From the human T2T-CHM13v2.0 reference genome, Homo sapiens, in NCBI RefSeq assembly GCF_009914755.1, contig NC_060930.1: 64,000 nucleotides of DNA; one strand, written 5' to 3'. Below the pieces are notes generated by a model. It worked only from the letters and a program-made list of their open reading frames with translations, had not been told where the DNA came from and made no database searches. Made by a program: the position numbers and the translations under genes. How positions within the stretch are numbered: position 1 is the first letter of the stretch; every line of letters starts with the position of its first letter. Below, piece by piece: positions 44,346 through 58,994 of the stretch.

Positions 44346-47343
44346 AGAAAACATATTAATAGATCATTTATGTTTACTATTTTTGTAAAAAACTTGTTAT
44401 GATAAACTAGCAATTCAAGCATGTAGATCTCTACTAAGGAAAAAGAGAAACCTTTATTGGATGCCTATGTTGCAGGCACAGTGCTAGTTGAGAACATCTA
44501 CACTATCAGCTTTTTTTACTTATAGTGTACTATCTCTATGAGGTAGAAAATATTACTACCATGTTTATGGGTGATAAAAACACTATGATTCAAGCTAAAC
44601 AGGGCTACTTACACAGTATCAAACAATTGTCCTTTAAAATTCAATTTTAAAGCTTTTAACAGGTGTGAAACATCTGAATTTCTCACTGAAAACAGGAGTT
44701 TTTATTGACTTTCTATCATATAAATGCTGTTGTACCCTAACTCTGAAATGTAACATGACTAAATCGGTACCTCTTTTCTAAGGAGTTATACTATATATCT
44801 ATTTTTCTTTTCTGGGCACTATGGAGACATTTTGTCATATTTACATTACTTTCATATCCTTGAAGAATGTAATGATGGTGTTTTTCTGAAAATGAGCACT
44901 GCCTTTTTTGACTCAGATGGCTGAGTGTAATGTGGCCATCATCCCTCCATGTAACACTCTTTTTCATCAGGCACTGAGTTCTTGATGGAACCCATAGAAA
45001 GTACAGCCCCTACCTTCAAGGAGCTTATTTTTGCCTGAACATAAACCAATTTATTTCCTGGTGAGCAACTCTTCTAAGTCTTATAGCATTGAAATTGATC
45101 AGTCTCATCTTAAAAGGCTTCTTTTACTCATAAGACCATCTGGAAACCAAGAGATGTACATGTAAGTTACATTCTAATGGGCAGAGACAGGCTCACCACC
45201 GGAAGCTTGCTGATAGAGTGGAAGACTGGCAAGTGCTGATGTTTACCAACAAACAATATCCTTTGTAATGGGCTTATTGGGGGGGAGTAAAGATTGGCCA
45301 CATGGATGCACTAATCTGCCCCTCCCTTTCAAAATAGTGATGCTTGTCCTGTAGGCACTAATCATCCTCTGTTGTGGTTAATTGGAGGCACATAGTACCA
45401 CTGCTAGCTTCTTGCTGTGATAAATATTTAATCACGGAGGGGAAAGCTCCTTTTTGAGAAGACACATCAGTCTGCGACTCTTGAAAACAGAACAAAGGGC
45501 ACTGTTACCTGGAAGGAGCCTTCACTGCCTAGTCCAGGGTTGAGAAAGGCCCGCCTAATTACTTCTGCTGAGAAGCAGCAGTCTCCTTCTCACTGACTGT
45601 CTGACATTTAGACATTTCTCCCCTCACCTCTTCCCGTTGGTGTGAAAAGGAACTGAATACAAAATGAAAGTCCACTTTGCTAGTGAATTTCCTACCCATC
45701 ACAAAGTTAGGCCATGGATATGTGGTGTGTCACTCTAACTGTGGCATTTTTCTCTCCAATTAAAAATAATGGATGATGTTGGCCTGTCAGCCTGCATGGT
45801 ATTCCTGTAGGGAGAAAATTAGTTGTTATCTCTATAGAGCTATTGTCCACTAATTTGAAGTTCAAGGTCTGACTGCGATCCATCTCTATGTCTCCCCGCG
45901 TTTCGGTGTGTCACTGAGAATCTGTGTTTCTCATGGGAAGACTCTGACAGGCACCATTATAGGTGAACCCATTTTTCCTGGAACAATTTTCGTGCAAACT
46001 GGGAGTGAAGAAAGATGATCACATCTTTCAATTACTCAACTATATTCCTGGAACAGTCTTCTGAATTTGTTAGTAGCTACTTCATCACTGAGATGTTAAT
46101 GTATTGTATTGGCCAATTTTAGATGACAATTACATTTTGAGAATAACAACAAAAAAAATTTCTTAATATATGAGACATTAGAAGAAAATAAAGAATATTC
46201 AGCCACCATTTGGTCAAAGGGAATGAACTATTCTACTTACGTGTGTATGTATGCTCCTTATACATCGATTCCTCAATTTGGAGAAGGATATACAAATTTT
46301 TGGTTTGTCCTCTATCGTTAGCAGAAAAATATGCTGACAATTTTAATGTTGGATACAAATGGTTGAAGAGGTACAAACTACATTTAATTAAATCTTGTAA
46401 GCCAAAGGTGATTTTTAATAGTTAAAAACATTTCATTCCTCTTCAATTACTCCTACTTAGCCTTCAGGGTCCTCTCTTCCAAAGGGAGTGCTATTGCTGA
46501 GGCAGACAACTTTCTTCGAAGAGAATTATGTCTTGGGTTATAAATGGAGTCAATTTTTAACTACTGTTTGAAAAATCACCATTATATCCTCATCTCTAAA
46601 GATAGCAAAACAAATCTAAAAGCAATATAAAAGGAAGACAAAGTAATAAAACATTAAAAGGATAAAGCAAATTATTTCAAGATATAACCAATAACCACAA
46701 ACTCAGCAGTATTGCAATAACTAGAATGCAGCTCAGATAGAGCATTGTGAATGGGGAGTCTTTGACTATGTCTAACTAAATAAATATATAGAGGTTTTTA
46801 AACTTTATATTACATAAAAGTTCTTTAAAAATGTATTGAATTAACCTCAAGCTATGAGCTACAATTTCAAACATATAGCATGAGTAAAGATAAATTTGCA
46901 ATAAAAATGTCTTTAATTCATTAGTTGTGTTTTCTTATATTCAACAAATATGTTTAACATGTTTATAAAGTTGCAGCCAAAATATCTAGATACTTATGTT
47001 GCTTTAATTTATTTAAAAATTATATCTTAAACATTTCTTCATGTTCTTAAGGGTCCTAACATTTAAGATATACTTAACAAAACTTAATTTTCGTTTTTTC
47101 ATAAGTACAGATAATTTCACAGTGAATATTTGTTTATAAGTATTATATATCTTCTTCAACTTGTTAATGTTCAGGTAGATAGCCTCAGATAAGATCTCAT
47201 AAATTTAAAATCTATCTCAAAGTTATAAGAATATAATAACCTTGAATATTATATTCTTGAATAACAAGAATAATAACCTTGAATATTAGAGGCTTGTGCT
47301 ACCTTAACTACCACCTGAGAAAATATTTTTAAAAAACTGAAAT

Positions 47344-47880
47344 TGAGAGAGGAGGAAGGAACAAACTGGTTAGGCAGGCAGTTAGGATGGGTCTTCAGTT
47401 GAATTATTTCAAACAAAAGAACAACCTGCAGGCATAGATAAGGGAACTTGCACAGGGAGGCTTGCCTGAGGCATGCCCACAGCCTCATAGGTAAGAAAGG
47501 CTACACAGGAGATTTACCCAGACATGCCCAAAATGGAAAATTTTGTCCCCTCACACATACACAGTAAGGGGAACAAAGCAATATGGAGTAACTCAAGCTA
47601 AGGGCCCACATGCATACTAGGAGGATGGGGTGGAGCTACCAGAAATCTGCACATTATGCAAATGAGATGCCTAGTCCTCGTTGGTTTCTTATAAAAGCTT
47701 CTGTATTCAACTGTGAAATGGAAACCCTTTTTCAGGACCCCTCTCTGTGGCAGACAGCTTTCTCTCTTCTGATTATTTAACTTCTGCTCTAACCTCACCC
47801 TTGTCATGTCTGCATCCTTGATTTCCTCGGCCGTGAGACAGAGAACTTCTGGTGGCACCCCAGACAGTGAGGCTGTTTCA
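47344..47880 (+). mobile_element. ERV1 solo LTR (MER50-like)
   Basis: TG...CA ends, perfect 4-bp TSD aaat, tataaaa box at ~47690, tgagagagg..gaa.aaactggttaggcaggcagttagg start. Confidence 0.8.
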
Positions 47881-49554
47881 AAATGTTTAGAAGGGGATAA
47901 TTATAGACCAATTGCTTTGTGGATTTTTCCACTGTCTTTCTTAGTTTTAACAGACTAGTGAAATATTCTATGTGAGACAAAATCAAGTAGCACTTCACAG
48001 CAAGCAGTGAAATATTTTTGTTCATGAGTTCCACATTTACTCTAAAAACATCCCAAGAACAGGAACATAGGAGAGTAAATCTACCTACTTCAGTTGTCTA
48101 ATTTTACAGAATAAACTGAGGCCCAGCTAAGAGAAAGGTCTTGTGAATGCTTTGTTCCCTGCTTCCCAGTTCATTAGTCTTTGGCCTGTAACTATATTAC
48201 CCCTTCAAAGAGGGCAAAAAAACCTAATTTCTGTAAAAGAATGTGGTTTAGTTTTCATTGTGTTTAGAAAAATCAGGCTATGGAGGCTATGGATTAGATA
48301 TGAGTCATTAATGCAGTAATTTTATAAGAAATATGACATTGACACAGATAACAGCAATTGAAACATCTTAATATTATTTGATTCATAATGATCACAATTG
48401 AATTAGGATATAGTAGCTTGTTTGTATTCCACAATTGATCTATAGGGTACATCCATGGGAGAAAAATAAAAGTGATTAATTGTTGAATTTTCCTTACAAG
48501 TTAAAAAAACATGTTAGCTTCTATTAAGCTTGGAAATAACAAAACTGTGGCTGGTTGAGGGTGAAGACTTAGGAAGACTTCAAGTATGAAAAGGATGACT
48601 CAGAAGATATAGAGCTGTTACATATTCCTGGGAAGACCAGAATAGGAAGTGAATTTGAAATGGATTAGAAGGGACTTAGGTTAGACATAACAAAACATGG
48701 TGTAATGGATTTGAAATATAACTTCACATTATTTTTATGTGCTATGAAAATGTATTCCCAGGAAAACTGGAAAAGCCAAAAGAAAAAAGGAAAAGGACAA
48801 TATCTGGCTAAAACATTAGCGTAGATGTCTACAAAAAGAGAAGTTAGAGAATTCTGATTTCCCTTCCAATCCTGTAATTCAGATTTTCAGTGACTAAAAA
48901 TGCAAAATCTCCAGGCTAAGCATATCTCTCTTAAGATATAAGTCTTCACATATTTAAGCTTAGAGCAATAAATCACATGCAGAATCCATACAAAGTCATT
49001 TAACTCAAAAATAGAGTGGTCTCTACTTTTTCAGAAATTGGTTAGAACAAAAACGGAAAGGAATTTAATGTATAAAGTGAGAGGTAGTTGCAAGGAAAAT
49101 GACTTATGGCATGTAAATGCAGATTTTTATGATACACACATTTAGTAGATGGATTTATAACGTAGAAAAAGTTTCAGATGGCATTTAATCTTATTTAGTT
49201 AAATAGGATATTGAAACACACTATTTTTTTTATTTTACAAAAGGAAAAGCGTATTAAAAATAATACCTTTGAAATCAGACTCTCTTTTTCTAGATTAAAC
49301 TAAAGTTAGATAATATTTTATGTGATACCAATCTGTTGCCATGGTTAACATTGCAAAGGGGAATTGAAATGGAAAATTTTCAAGGAGACGGTTCTTTGGT
49401 GACATGATGCTCTTCTAAGCTAGCATTGTATTTCATTTCAAAACCCTCTCTCCACTCCTGCAACTGCACCGTTACCACAGTCTGTTTGGCACCCACTATG
49501 CCAATAGTGTAGGACACAATTACATAATATTCTAGGATGGAACTACAGGAAATC

Positions 49555-50047
49555 TTTATTAGTTTCCTGTTTCCGCCATAAGAAATTTACCACAATCTTA
49601 GTGGCTTAAAATAACATGAATTTATTATTTTACACTTCTGGAAGTCGGAAGTCTGAAATAGTCACATGGGGTTAAAAATCAAGATGCTTCCCTTTCTGGA
49701 GGCTCTAGAAAAAAAATCCATTTTCTTGCATTTCCCCCTTCTAGAGTCTGCCCACATTCCTTGACGGTGGCTCCTTTAAAGCTCAGCAATGGTGTGGGCT
49801 AGGCCTTTCTCACAACTTGTTACTCTGACCTCTTCTCATTCATGCCTCTCCTGTTAAGTATCTTTGCGATTATATTGGGGCCACCTGGATAATTAAGAAT
49901 AATCACCCATCTGAAAGTCGGTGATTAGAAAAGTTAATTTCATTTGCAACTTTAAATACCCTTTGCAATGTAACCTAACATATTCTTAGGTTCTGGAGTA
50001 TAGCACATGGGTATCTTTGGGAAGGAGAGGCATTGTTCTGCTTCACA
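49555..50047 (-). mobile_element. MLT1D-like MaLR LTR
   Basis: attagtttcct...accacaatcttagtggcttaaaataac..gaatttattattttacacttctggaagtcggaagtctgaaat ... gtaacctaacatattc. Confidence 0.85.
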
Positions 50048-53000
50048 AAGTCAAAATGGCGTGCATGCGTGTGTCTGCGCAGGCACACGCACACGCACAC
50101 ACACGCACGCATACAGGAAACTGAATCTACAAATAAACTTGGGGACCTTTCTTTGCCACAACTTTAGATAAAATAGGAGTTCCTTTTGCAAAACTGTGTG
50201 TCAAAACTAGGGCTGCTAACTCATATTTTAGCCAGATCCATGTCTCATAGTCATTCTCTAAATGACATAGCCAAAGTGAAAGAAAAGAGGAAATTGATAT
50301 AAATCCTGAAGACGCTTTTGTGAACACTGAGTTTTCCTTTTGTTTACTGACTTTGAAATTCACTGGAACCTGATGCTGTGGACAGGGAAGGTATGGAAGA
50401 AATTTGCAATAGTAATATTGTTGTATAAGTGGAAGGATTCTGTTATTCAATGTGTTATAAAAATTGTTACAGATGAAATTAAAGGGCAAGAATCTCACTG
50501 AAATAATTTATCAATTATTTTATGGGACATGCTCAGGAATACAAAGAAACCTGGAAGAAAGACATCTGGATTCAATTAAAGTGGTAGGCAGCACTAGTTA
50601 GGGAGGTAGTCTTTGTGTGAGCAAATGGCCAAGTGTTTGATTCATGGGAAGAGAGCTATAAAGAAATATTTTTAATGAAGATAAAATAGCTGAACCACTT
50701 TAATATTGTGGTTTTCTTGTTTGTTTCACTAGCGATTCCTGAGGAATCTCATCCACACTACCCTATGGACTAAAAGGAAAAGCTCTGTAAGTATCTTTGG
50801 AAAGGCTTCTGTGCCTTTATAGTTGCATTTTAGTTGACCAACCATGTCATGTCACACTGGATGATGTGCAATTTGGACCTTTTGTGACCTTGGGAAATTC
50901 ACTAAATCTAATTCCAGAGGATCCGGCAAAGGCAAAATTTACATTCCTGATTCACTAGATGGAGAAAATTTGACTATATATGAAGATACTAATGGTTCTA
51001 TCAGTAATTTATTAAAACTGGTATGGGTAAAATGGAATGTCATGTTGAGTGATATGTGCTTTCTACAGTCCTTGTCGGAATATCCTAGAGAGTACCATTT
51101 TTGTTAGCATTATTATCCCAGCATTCTTAAATCCAGATTCAGACTCATTGTCAGTTTTTTTTGAAAACTACATCCATCAAGACATTTAAAAGTGTTCTAT
51201 AAAATCAAATAGAGTAATGATCAGTACTTTATTTCTACATCCAAAGAAATAGACAGTTATGCCAAATGATAATGTTCATCTCCTTTACATCCCACAGAGC
51301 AGGTGACATTTCAAAAACTATCCACAGTTACTGCAAAGTATACATTTTTCATATCCTGCTTATGTTTGTATTATATTCAGCATGTTTGTAAGATACAGAT
51401 TTTTTTTTTAATGTGTGATGTTCTTTGAAGGACATCAATAAAAGCTGATGTTTGAAGTGATTCTGATATGCAATCTAAATAATAGGATTATAGAGTCAAG
51501 ACAAGAATCAGATATATGCACTAAGAATAGTAATTTTTGTACAAGATATTTTTCTATGGGTAAAGTTGAAATCTTTAAAGAAGTATTAAGATCTGATAAA
51601 GTCTACTTTCATGAATCCTGCAAATTCATTCCATGACATGCTCTCAAGTGAAGAATGAACGTCAGTGCTTTTTTCATGTGAAAAATATTTGGGCTGCATA
51701 GACTATCAGGAACATAGCAAAACAGCAAACTTGTGTTCACAATATTTTTTGTTTTCTTTAACATAAAATGAAACATTTTGACATTTAAATTCAAGACAAA
51801 TTGATCAATTAAGAGTACGCTGAAGTTTTTATTTAAGATTTAGCACCTGCTAAAGTTCCTGAGTGAAGTCTGTGCTTAGGAGCTTCCTGCATTTCCTGAG
51901 CAAGGCCTTGTGTTTCCTTAATGCATTCCAACATTTAAACAAAAAATTCACTTTATTTCTGGAAAAGCTATATTGAACAGTACTGAAAATCAGTGAAGGG
52001 CCAAGACCAATTCGATGTGTCCTTTTAGGTTCATTGCAAATTACTCATTACTTTCTTATCTTTGCTGAATATTCAGGATACAATTAAAGGGACTGTGGGT
52101 GGGCTTTCATCTTGTCCACTTCACTCACCATTTTGTGTTGAGAAAAACACACATTGTTAGCATATTAGATATTTATTACCCAGGTGAGCTCTGGTCTATT
52201 TGTGTGAACCAGTGCAAACTAAAAGCAGCAAGTACTCAAAGTTATTATGCGCTTGACTGGAAAACAAATTGATAAAAAGAAAATACACCATAAACTCTTG
52301 CTCAAGAGACCATTTGCTGGTGTTGCATGTGGCAGTAAGGATCATCATCCAAGGTTCAAAGGTTAATTGGGTTGGTAAATTTGGGCTCAAGTTTCCATCA
52401 CTCAACTGTGTTTATTGGATATTCCTTGGAGAGGGTATAAGGGCCAGCATTGCTATGTTCTGGTTTTGAGATACTGGAGGTGAAAGAAATAGAGGAAAGT
52501 GAGACAGAGCAAGAGAACCCTGACACAAATGTCACTTTTTAATGTGTTCTAAAGTGTAAACGATGAATATGGATACTTTGGCTGTTTACACAGCCTGAAT
52601 AGTTGCCACATAAGTTACTGACATTCAGCCAGTGCCTATCAACATAAAAGCACAAGGAAAAAAATGTTTTGAGAAGTTAAAGTTCAGTAATGTCTGTACA
52701 TGCTAAGCTTTACTTTGCACTGGGCAGCTTTGCTCATTAAATTTCAGGCCTTTGAACAGAGTTAGGACTAGATAAAGATTATTCTTTCATTGAAATATAT
52801 GAATGGCTGCCTTCCAGATATATGGGTGTGCTTTTCTGGAGGGACATCTAATATATGCAAACTTGGGTTTAAAAGTATATAATTTGAGATGGAAAACTAT
52901 GTCCATTCATAAAATAATGCCCTTAAATATGGCATTTAAGTTGTAGTTGAATTTCCAAATTGAATTAACTATTTTAAATTTCCGTAAAAACATGCTATAG

Positions 53001-53189
53001 CCACTGGAGTCTATTTATTTGTCTGTCTATCTGTCTATCTATCTTGATCATCACCATCATTTTCTATAACTATTTTAGCTCTTTGATGCTTATTTGCTAC
53101 TAAGGTTCTAGGCAGTCTATACCTAGAATAGATTCGTTTGTAAATAATAATTTATGAAATAATATTTTGTCATGTCCAAGCTTTACAAC

Positions 53190-53320
53190 AATATTGTAAT
53201 ATCCTCATTTATAAGAAAACTGACTCTCAAAAAAGGTAAGCAACTTGCTGAAAGCCACACAGATAATAAGCACCATGATTCAAATACTCTTGCCAAGACA
53301 TGTTGAAAGCAGTCTGCCTT
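53190..53320 (-). mobile_element. MIR
   Basis: atcctcattt..aagaaaactgactctcaaaaaaggtaagcaacttgctgaaagccacacag. Confidence 0.7.
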
Positions 53321-54867
53321 CCACAAGGGACAGCTTCGTCTAAACCAAAAGAAGGGAAAGGCAGCTCTCTTCATAAATTTATCTATACTTCAGTTCTCTT
53401 AGGGCAAATCCACTTTTTAATCTTGATTTATTCAGATCAGCTTTTTGTGAAAACACAATTTAAAGGAGAGCTGCTAACTAAGTCCTATTTGTGTTGTGCT
53501 GGGGCCATGTGGCTTAAGATGCTTATGATATAAAAATATGACATTGTTAAAATACATTTATTAAATGTATTTTTTTCTCCTCCTCCTCCAAGTGGAGAAA
53601 AATGATGTGTCATCAGTATTGACATGCTTTTACTATACTATTATTCCTGAACCACCTTGAAGGGAGGATACAATGAAGGTTCATTTGTTATATGCCTACA
53701 ACAATAGATAGATTTAAATGGCTTCTCTCCATTATTGTATTCACAGCAGATTTCCTATTGTGTGATATAACATGATATATACAAGCAAGGAGAAAAATTC
53801 CCAATCTTATTTATCTTTTTTTCTGGAAGGTGAAGCAGTATTATGTTTTACTACCTGCCTTGGTTTCTCATTGTTTTGATACATTTTATTGTAAATAGTG
53901 TGCTATTGTTCATTTCCAGCTTGTTTTTAATCTTAACACAAAGAAAAAAGTAGTAGTGGTCATTTGCATACTTTATCAGAAGCATTTAGCCAACTCAAAT
54001 GGATTTTTAAGACAGTTGTATATTTTTTGTTTTTCTGAATCTTTATTATATATAACTTTAACTCCAAAAAAAAAATACCCTAGAAACAAATAATTTTCCA
54101 AAGAATCAGTTAGGAAATCTTTATAAATATTTCACTGAAACTATTACTATTCTTAAAACCAAAACATTGATGATCAAATATTATGATTTATACCTTAGTG
54201 CAATCATTTTCCCATGCAAACGTCCCACTGCTAATGTTTTTAGAACCTCTGATGGTTGATTATTGTTAAAAGCACATTTAGGGGAAATGAGAATGAGCCA
54301 AGAAGAGCTGGAAAACCATTCAGATGAAGTTGATCAATGATACAATATTCCATGAACTTAAGTACAAGTCCTCTGTTTTTAATGATCGATTATTACACTT
54401 CAATTATTATTTAAAATTTCTACTTATTTTTGATTGCTTAGATATGGCAGGAGTCATTGTGTTAACAAAATAGTAGACCATGTCTACTGCTGCAATCTTC
54501 TGACAATGAGTTTGCTTATATAAATAAGTACAGACACGCTAGGCTCAAGGGGATTGCCACCAGTAAGTGATCTTCAAGTGGAAAGAGCTGACAAAAAACG
54601 CCAGGCTCTCTCCCCCTTTGTTAAATCAATATTCTTGAGTACAAAGTTAAAACTCCAATGCTCTGCCTAGGAAAAACCTCTGCAGCAAAAGCTTAACAGT
54701 TGAAAATGATGAAGTATGTTTTTGCCACATTCATACACCCATGCATTTTTCATTTTCAAAGGATCATAAAATGCGGTTTGTGATTTTCAGCAAATGGCAT
54801 TAGGAATTTATTAAAGTGTACTGCACACACTGATAATTAAGAAGTAAAAAAAAGTTTGCATTTTAAA

Positions 54868-55067
54868 GTAAATAAGAGTATAATTGGATTATTTGTAACA
54901 TAAAAGATAAATGCTTGAGGTGACGGATACCCCATTTAGCTGGTTGTACTTATTATACATTGCATGTCTGTATCAAAATATCTCATGTACACCATAAACA
55001 TATACTCTATAGTGTGTATAAACATATACACTCTTCCACTTACAAGAATTAAAAATTTTTAAAAAAT
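54868..55067 (+). mobile_element. L1MA2/3-like 3' end fragment
   Basis: taattggattatttgtaaca..gataaatgcttgaggtgacggataccccattt...ctgtatcaaaatatctcatgtac. Confidence 0.85.
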
Positions 55068-56479
55068 GGTTTGAAGAACATTGACCAAAATATAGTGTTC
55101 ATACTTCTTGGAACTCAAACTAGAAGTCCTCAAACATCACATTAACTATCAGCTTCAAAGCGATAAAACTGAAGGTATTCCCATTGGCAGAAAAATGAGC
55201 ACATATTTATGTGATTGCTGTCTGTCTGGTCAAACAGGTTATACAGCCTAGTGTGCCAGGCGCCCCAGTGAGAGGACTGATTAAAAGTCAGTGTTTTGGA
55301 TCAGTTACTGGGAGTTGATAGGGCATGTAAAAATGTTATCATTTGAGGAAGAGTGATCAAAAGTGAATTAAAGATCTAATTAACAGGAAGTCAGGACAGC
55401 AACTATCAAGGAGTCAAAACAAAAGGAGATGCAGTCCAAGAAGTAGACGGTGAAAGCAGAGATAAGAGGTTAAGTCCAGGACACAAGAAATCAGTGTTCT
55501 GAGTGTCTACTGCACAAGATAGAACTATTCATGCTGTAGACATGAAGTGGTTCTTAATGGCAGTGGACAAATAACATGGAGGTTCCAAGGCTCCCAACCA
55601 AGTTCTGGAATGGAAGGGGAGAAAGCTCCTCTTCCGTAAATCCTCGCGAACACTCCTGGCCATGTACTCATGTGCACACATGGGAGAGAATGTGCATGCA
55701 CACTCAGTGGTGACTACATGGATGTGGCTGTGTCCTGGGCTGTCACACTGTCTTAGTGTGTCTGCTACTCCCCCGGGCCCAATCCCCATTGGATTATGAA
55801 TCCAGCATTGTGGTCAGGGCAGGGAAAAGGGAAAGTAGGGGCAGGAGCATCCTGTTGCCCATGGCTTGTGTGCCCTGCTATCTAATAATGAGTGGGCAAG
55901 ATCATTTGTGAGAAGCTAGGGTCGCTGTCCTCAGTACTAGGTGACCCCAGCACAGAGCAGTTGAGTGTAATCCATAATACAGTAACTTAAAAATGTATTA
56001 TTTGAGGAATGTATATCTTATGACCATATAAGCTAATAGAGACCTTGGGTCAATTTCATGGTCTTAATGTCCAAAAATAAGTCACAGATCCAGGTACCAT
56101 TAGAAAAGGTGATGGTTAATGGAGCATTAGGCATTCATTTCCAGGAGCAACTCACAGTTGGGGAAATCATTTGCTCAAGGGCCTTGTGTATCAGCTCTGC
56201 ATACTGCACAACTGAATTTATTTTTGTTTTGTTTTCTATTCTTTAAGTATGTTCCCTCTCAACCCCAGAACAGATGCATAGTCTTCCTGCTACCTGGAGA
56301 CTTCTTTCCCCATCCCCTGTCTTCTGCTTCCCCACATAAGTCCTTTTCCTTCTACTGAGTGCTTAAACATACTTTAGCTTTTGGCTCAAGGACCATGTTC
56401 TTGTGGGAAACCTGCCTGACATATCCAGTGGAGGCCGACCTCCTTTATTATCAGAACATAGCAGCCTGTTCCTTTCTTT

Positions 56480-57100
56480 TACATCAGTTTATAGCCACGT
56501 GGGCACTGAGTGGTCTGTTGGCCACTGAGATTATGGAGGGGTTGCATGTATTTATAACAAAAGTCAAGGTAAGTCTATGAGAATGAGTTGCTGGGAAAGG
56601 GTACAATAGAATACAAGGGAATAGAGTACAAGGTATTTGGAGGTCAAGGAATGGAAAGCCCACCTGTAGGAAGAGTCATCTCTGTGCATGTTCAAATAAC
56701 CATGAAGGATCATGGCAATAGTTTTGGAGAGACAGAAAGTGAGCCAGGAGCTCAATTCTTCAAAGAATGAAGTTCCATGACTTGAAGAGGGGAAGTATTT
56801 ATCTGCAAAACCAGGGGGATGGTTGATATTGTCTGATGACAGGAGAGTTCAAGGTGAATGATTACATGGTAAAGAGAAGAACAATGGTCTGAAAATGGTG
56901 ATAAGCAGCAAGGAAGTCACTTATCGCATGGACAGGCCCCAAGGGTATGAGAAGCCATGAGAAGGTTGTAGGGAAAGCAGTTGTTTGAGGGGAGAGTCAC
57001 AGTTCAGTTAGAGCAAGAAGATAAAGTGAATGCTCAAAGAAGAAGCAGAAGATATAGGAGGGTTCACTAACGATCGATTTCGAGTTCCAGAAGCTCTGTG
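56480..57100 (-). mobile_element. L2/CR1-clade LINE relic retaining AP-endonuclease coding remnants
   Basis: Minus-strand translation LLALTEL*LS (57020-56991) and FFEELSSWL...MILHGYLNMHRDD (about LGDFNIHVDD). Confidence 0.65.
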
Positions 57101-58994
57101 AATTAAGATAACACATTGGGGCAAGGTAGGAGAGAAAGTCAAAAAAAGGCTAAGGTCTGGGTGGTATCAGGATTAGAGTTAAAGGGATGAGCGTGAGTTC
57201 TGAGCTTCCATTGGTGACCTCCACAAACAGGACAAGGTGTGTGATGAAATTAAACCTGGATAGTCCTCACCGTTCTAAGACTGTACATGGTGGGGGGAGG
57301 GGGCACTGTAGGGTGTTCCTAAGACAGGAAGAGTTCTTGCATACCTACTTGGCTTCTGCTAATAGAGGTAAGGTTTCTTGAAGAGAGGTGCTCATACTTT
57401 GAATATTTGGACAATCATGATGCCTGCTAATGGTAGTCTGCAGAGGTTCTACTCCAGATATGTGGGTACCCTCCACAGTGGGCAGGAGGTCTTATTTTGG
57501 GTCATAAACTCCCTCTTACCTGTTACTGATGGCAGCCCTCAGGGTGGTAATTGTCCAATAACTGGGAATTATTGTACTACTCTGTTCTACGTTCTGGTAA
57601 CTCAAAGGCTGGCTTCATGGTTTCCAAGGCCCTTCATTGTGTCTTTGGTGCTGAAGCCTGGAGTTGAACTACCCAAATTTAATCCCAGAGTAATAAATAG
57701 GCTTAATTTCTTTTTTATCAACCGTGTCTTAATGTGACAGCTTCCGACCTCCCTGTTTTATATCTGCTGGGCATCATCAAACCTGTCCTGCCATTGGAAT
57801 TCTTACTCCATGAATAGCTTCCTTGTAAACTGCTTATTTGAATTCAGCCTTTTGTTTATTATTTCTCATCTTTTGACTTACTTTACAATTAGAAAATCCT
57901 GACAGCAATACTGGGCTCCCCGCCTTCCCATCACCCCACAATTGGTTATGGCTGGATTTGATCCATTAGTACTTTCTATATCCCTCTGAAAGTAAAGAAT
58001 AACAGGACCCATGTTTCCTGTCTCACTGAAGTTCACCTAGCTCAGCCTATCTGTAATGCAAAATATGACACTTTTCCTAAACACAAAACTTTTCTCTAAA
58101 TATAGAAGATATGACTCTGGTGCAATACAATTCATTTGTTTCCATGACTAAAGTCTACCCAAAGCAACAACAAAAACAAAAATCCTGTAGGGTTATTTTT
58201 ATCCGGTATTTATTTTTAATAAAGATTTTTGTCTTTTTAGTGATGTCCTTTCCCTGGAGATTTTGCTAACTCAACAAAAATTTGTTAAATTTAGGTGAAG
58301 AAATAAAATATTTCTAATTTCTAATCTTTGTTTTTGAAAACATCTTGAACTGTTCAAATTGCTTGCTGGTGTCGATGACTTAATTACTTGTGTTGTGAGA
58401 AGGGATTTAACCCAAAACAGCTACTGAAAACTTGGTATAAGCTGTGTATCAAAATTGTATAAATCAATTTTTAGATACTGTTTACTAAATCTGGGATTAG
58501 AAGCTGATATTGTTTCAGTATTCTTTTTAATTCTTAGCCATAACCTTCTAGGGTCATCAAGCCTATTATAAATGGCTCACTAGAGAAATTAAAGAAAACT
58601 GCTTCCAAGTTTTCTTAACTTGCCCAAATGGCCAAGTTGAGTAATCAGTGCCAGAAACATTTAAGATGAAGAAAAAACAAAAACAAAAAACAAACAAACA
58701 AAAAAACAGAAGAAAGAAAGGGTATTGTAGATAAAGCAAAAGTAATATGAACTGCCTTGGCCCCCACTCTTCACTCAGGCCTGGTTCCAGGACTTTATTC
58801 TCCAGCGACCAGGCATGCTCTTCCTCCAGGTAGAAATGGCTGATAAAGAACATGGTATTATTGGCTTTTTCTGAAGTATGATTCTGCTTCCCCCAGCATC
58901 TTTCACTTGGGGTAGAGAGGAGTGACAGCTCCATCTCAATGTTTCACCTGAACAATGAAACTAATAATTAAACTCAGCAGTTTCACTTCTTTAT

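Noticed and set aside
50127-50498. 123-aa minus-strand ORF and a good-looking splice acceptor (ttccctgtccacag, AG at 50377-50376)
   Set aside because: No recognisable protein similarity and no convincing paired donor. Such acceptors are common by chance, so transcript data would be needed.
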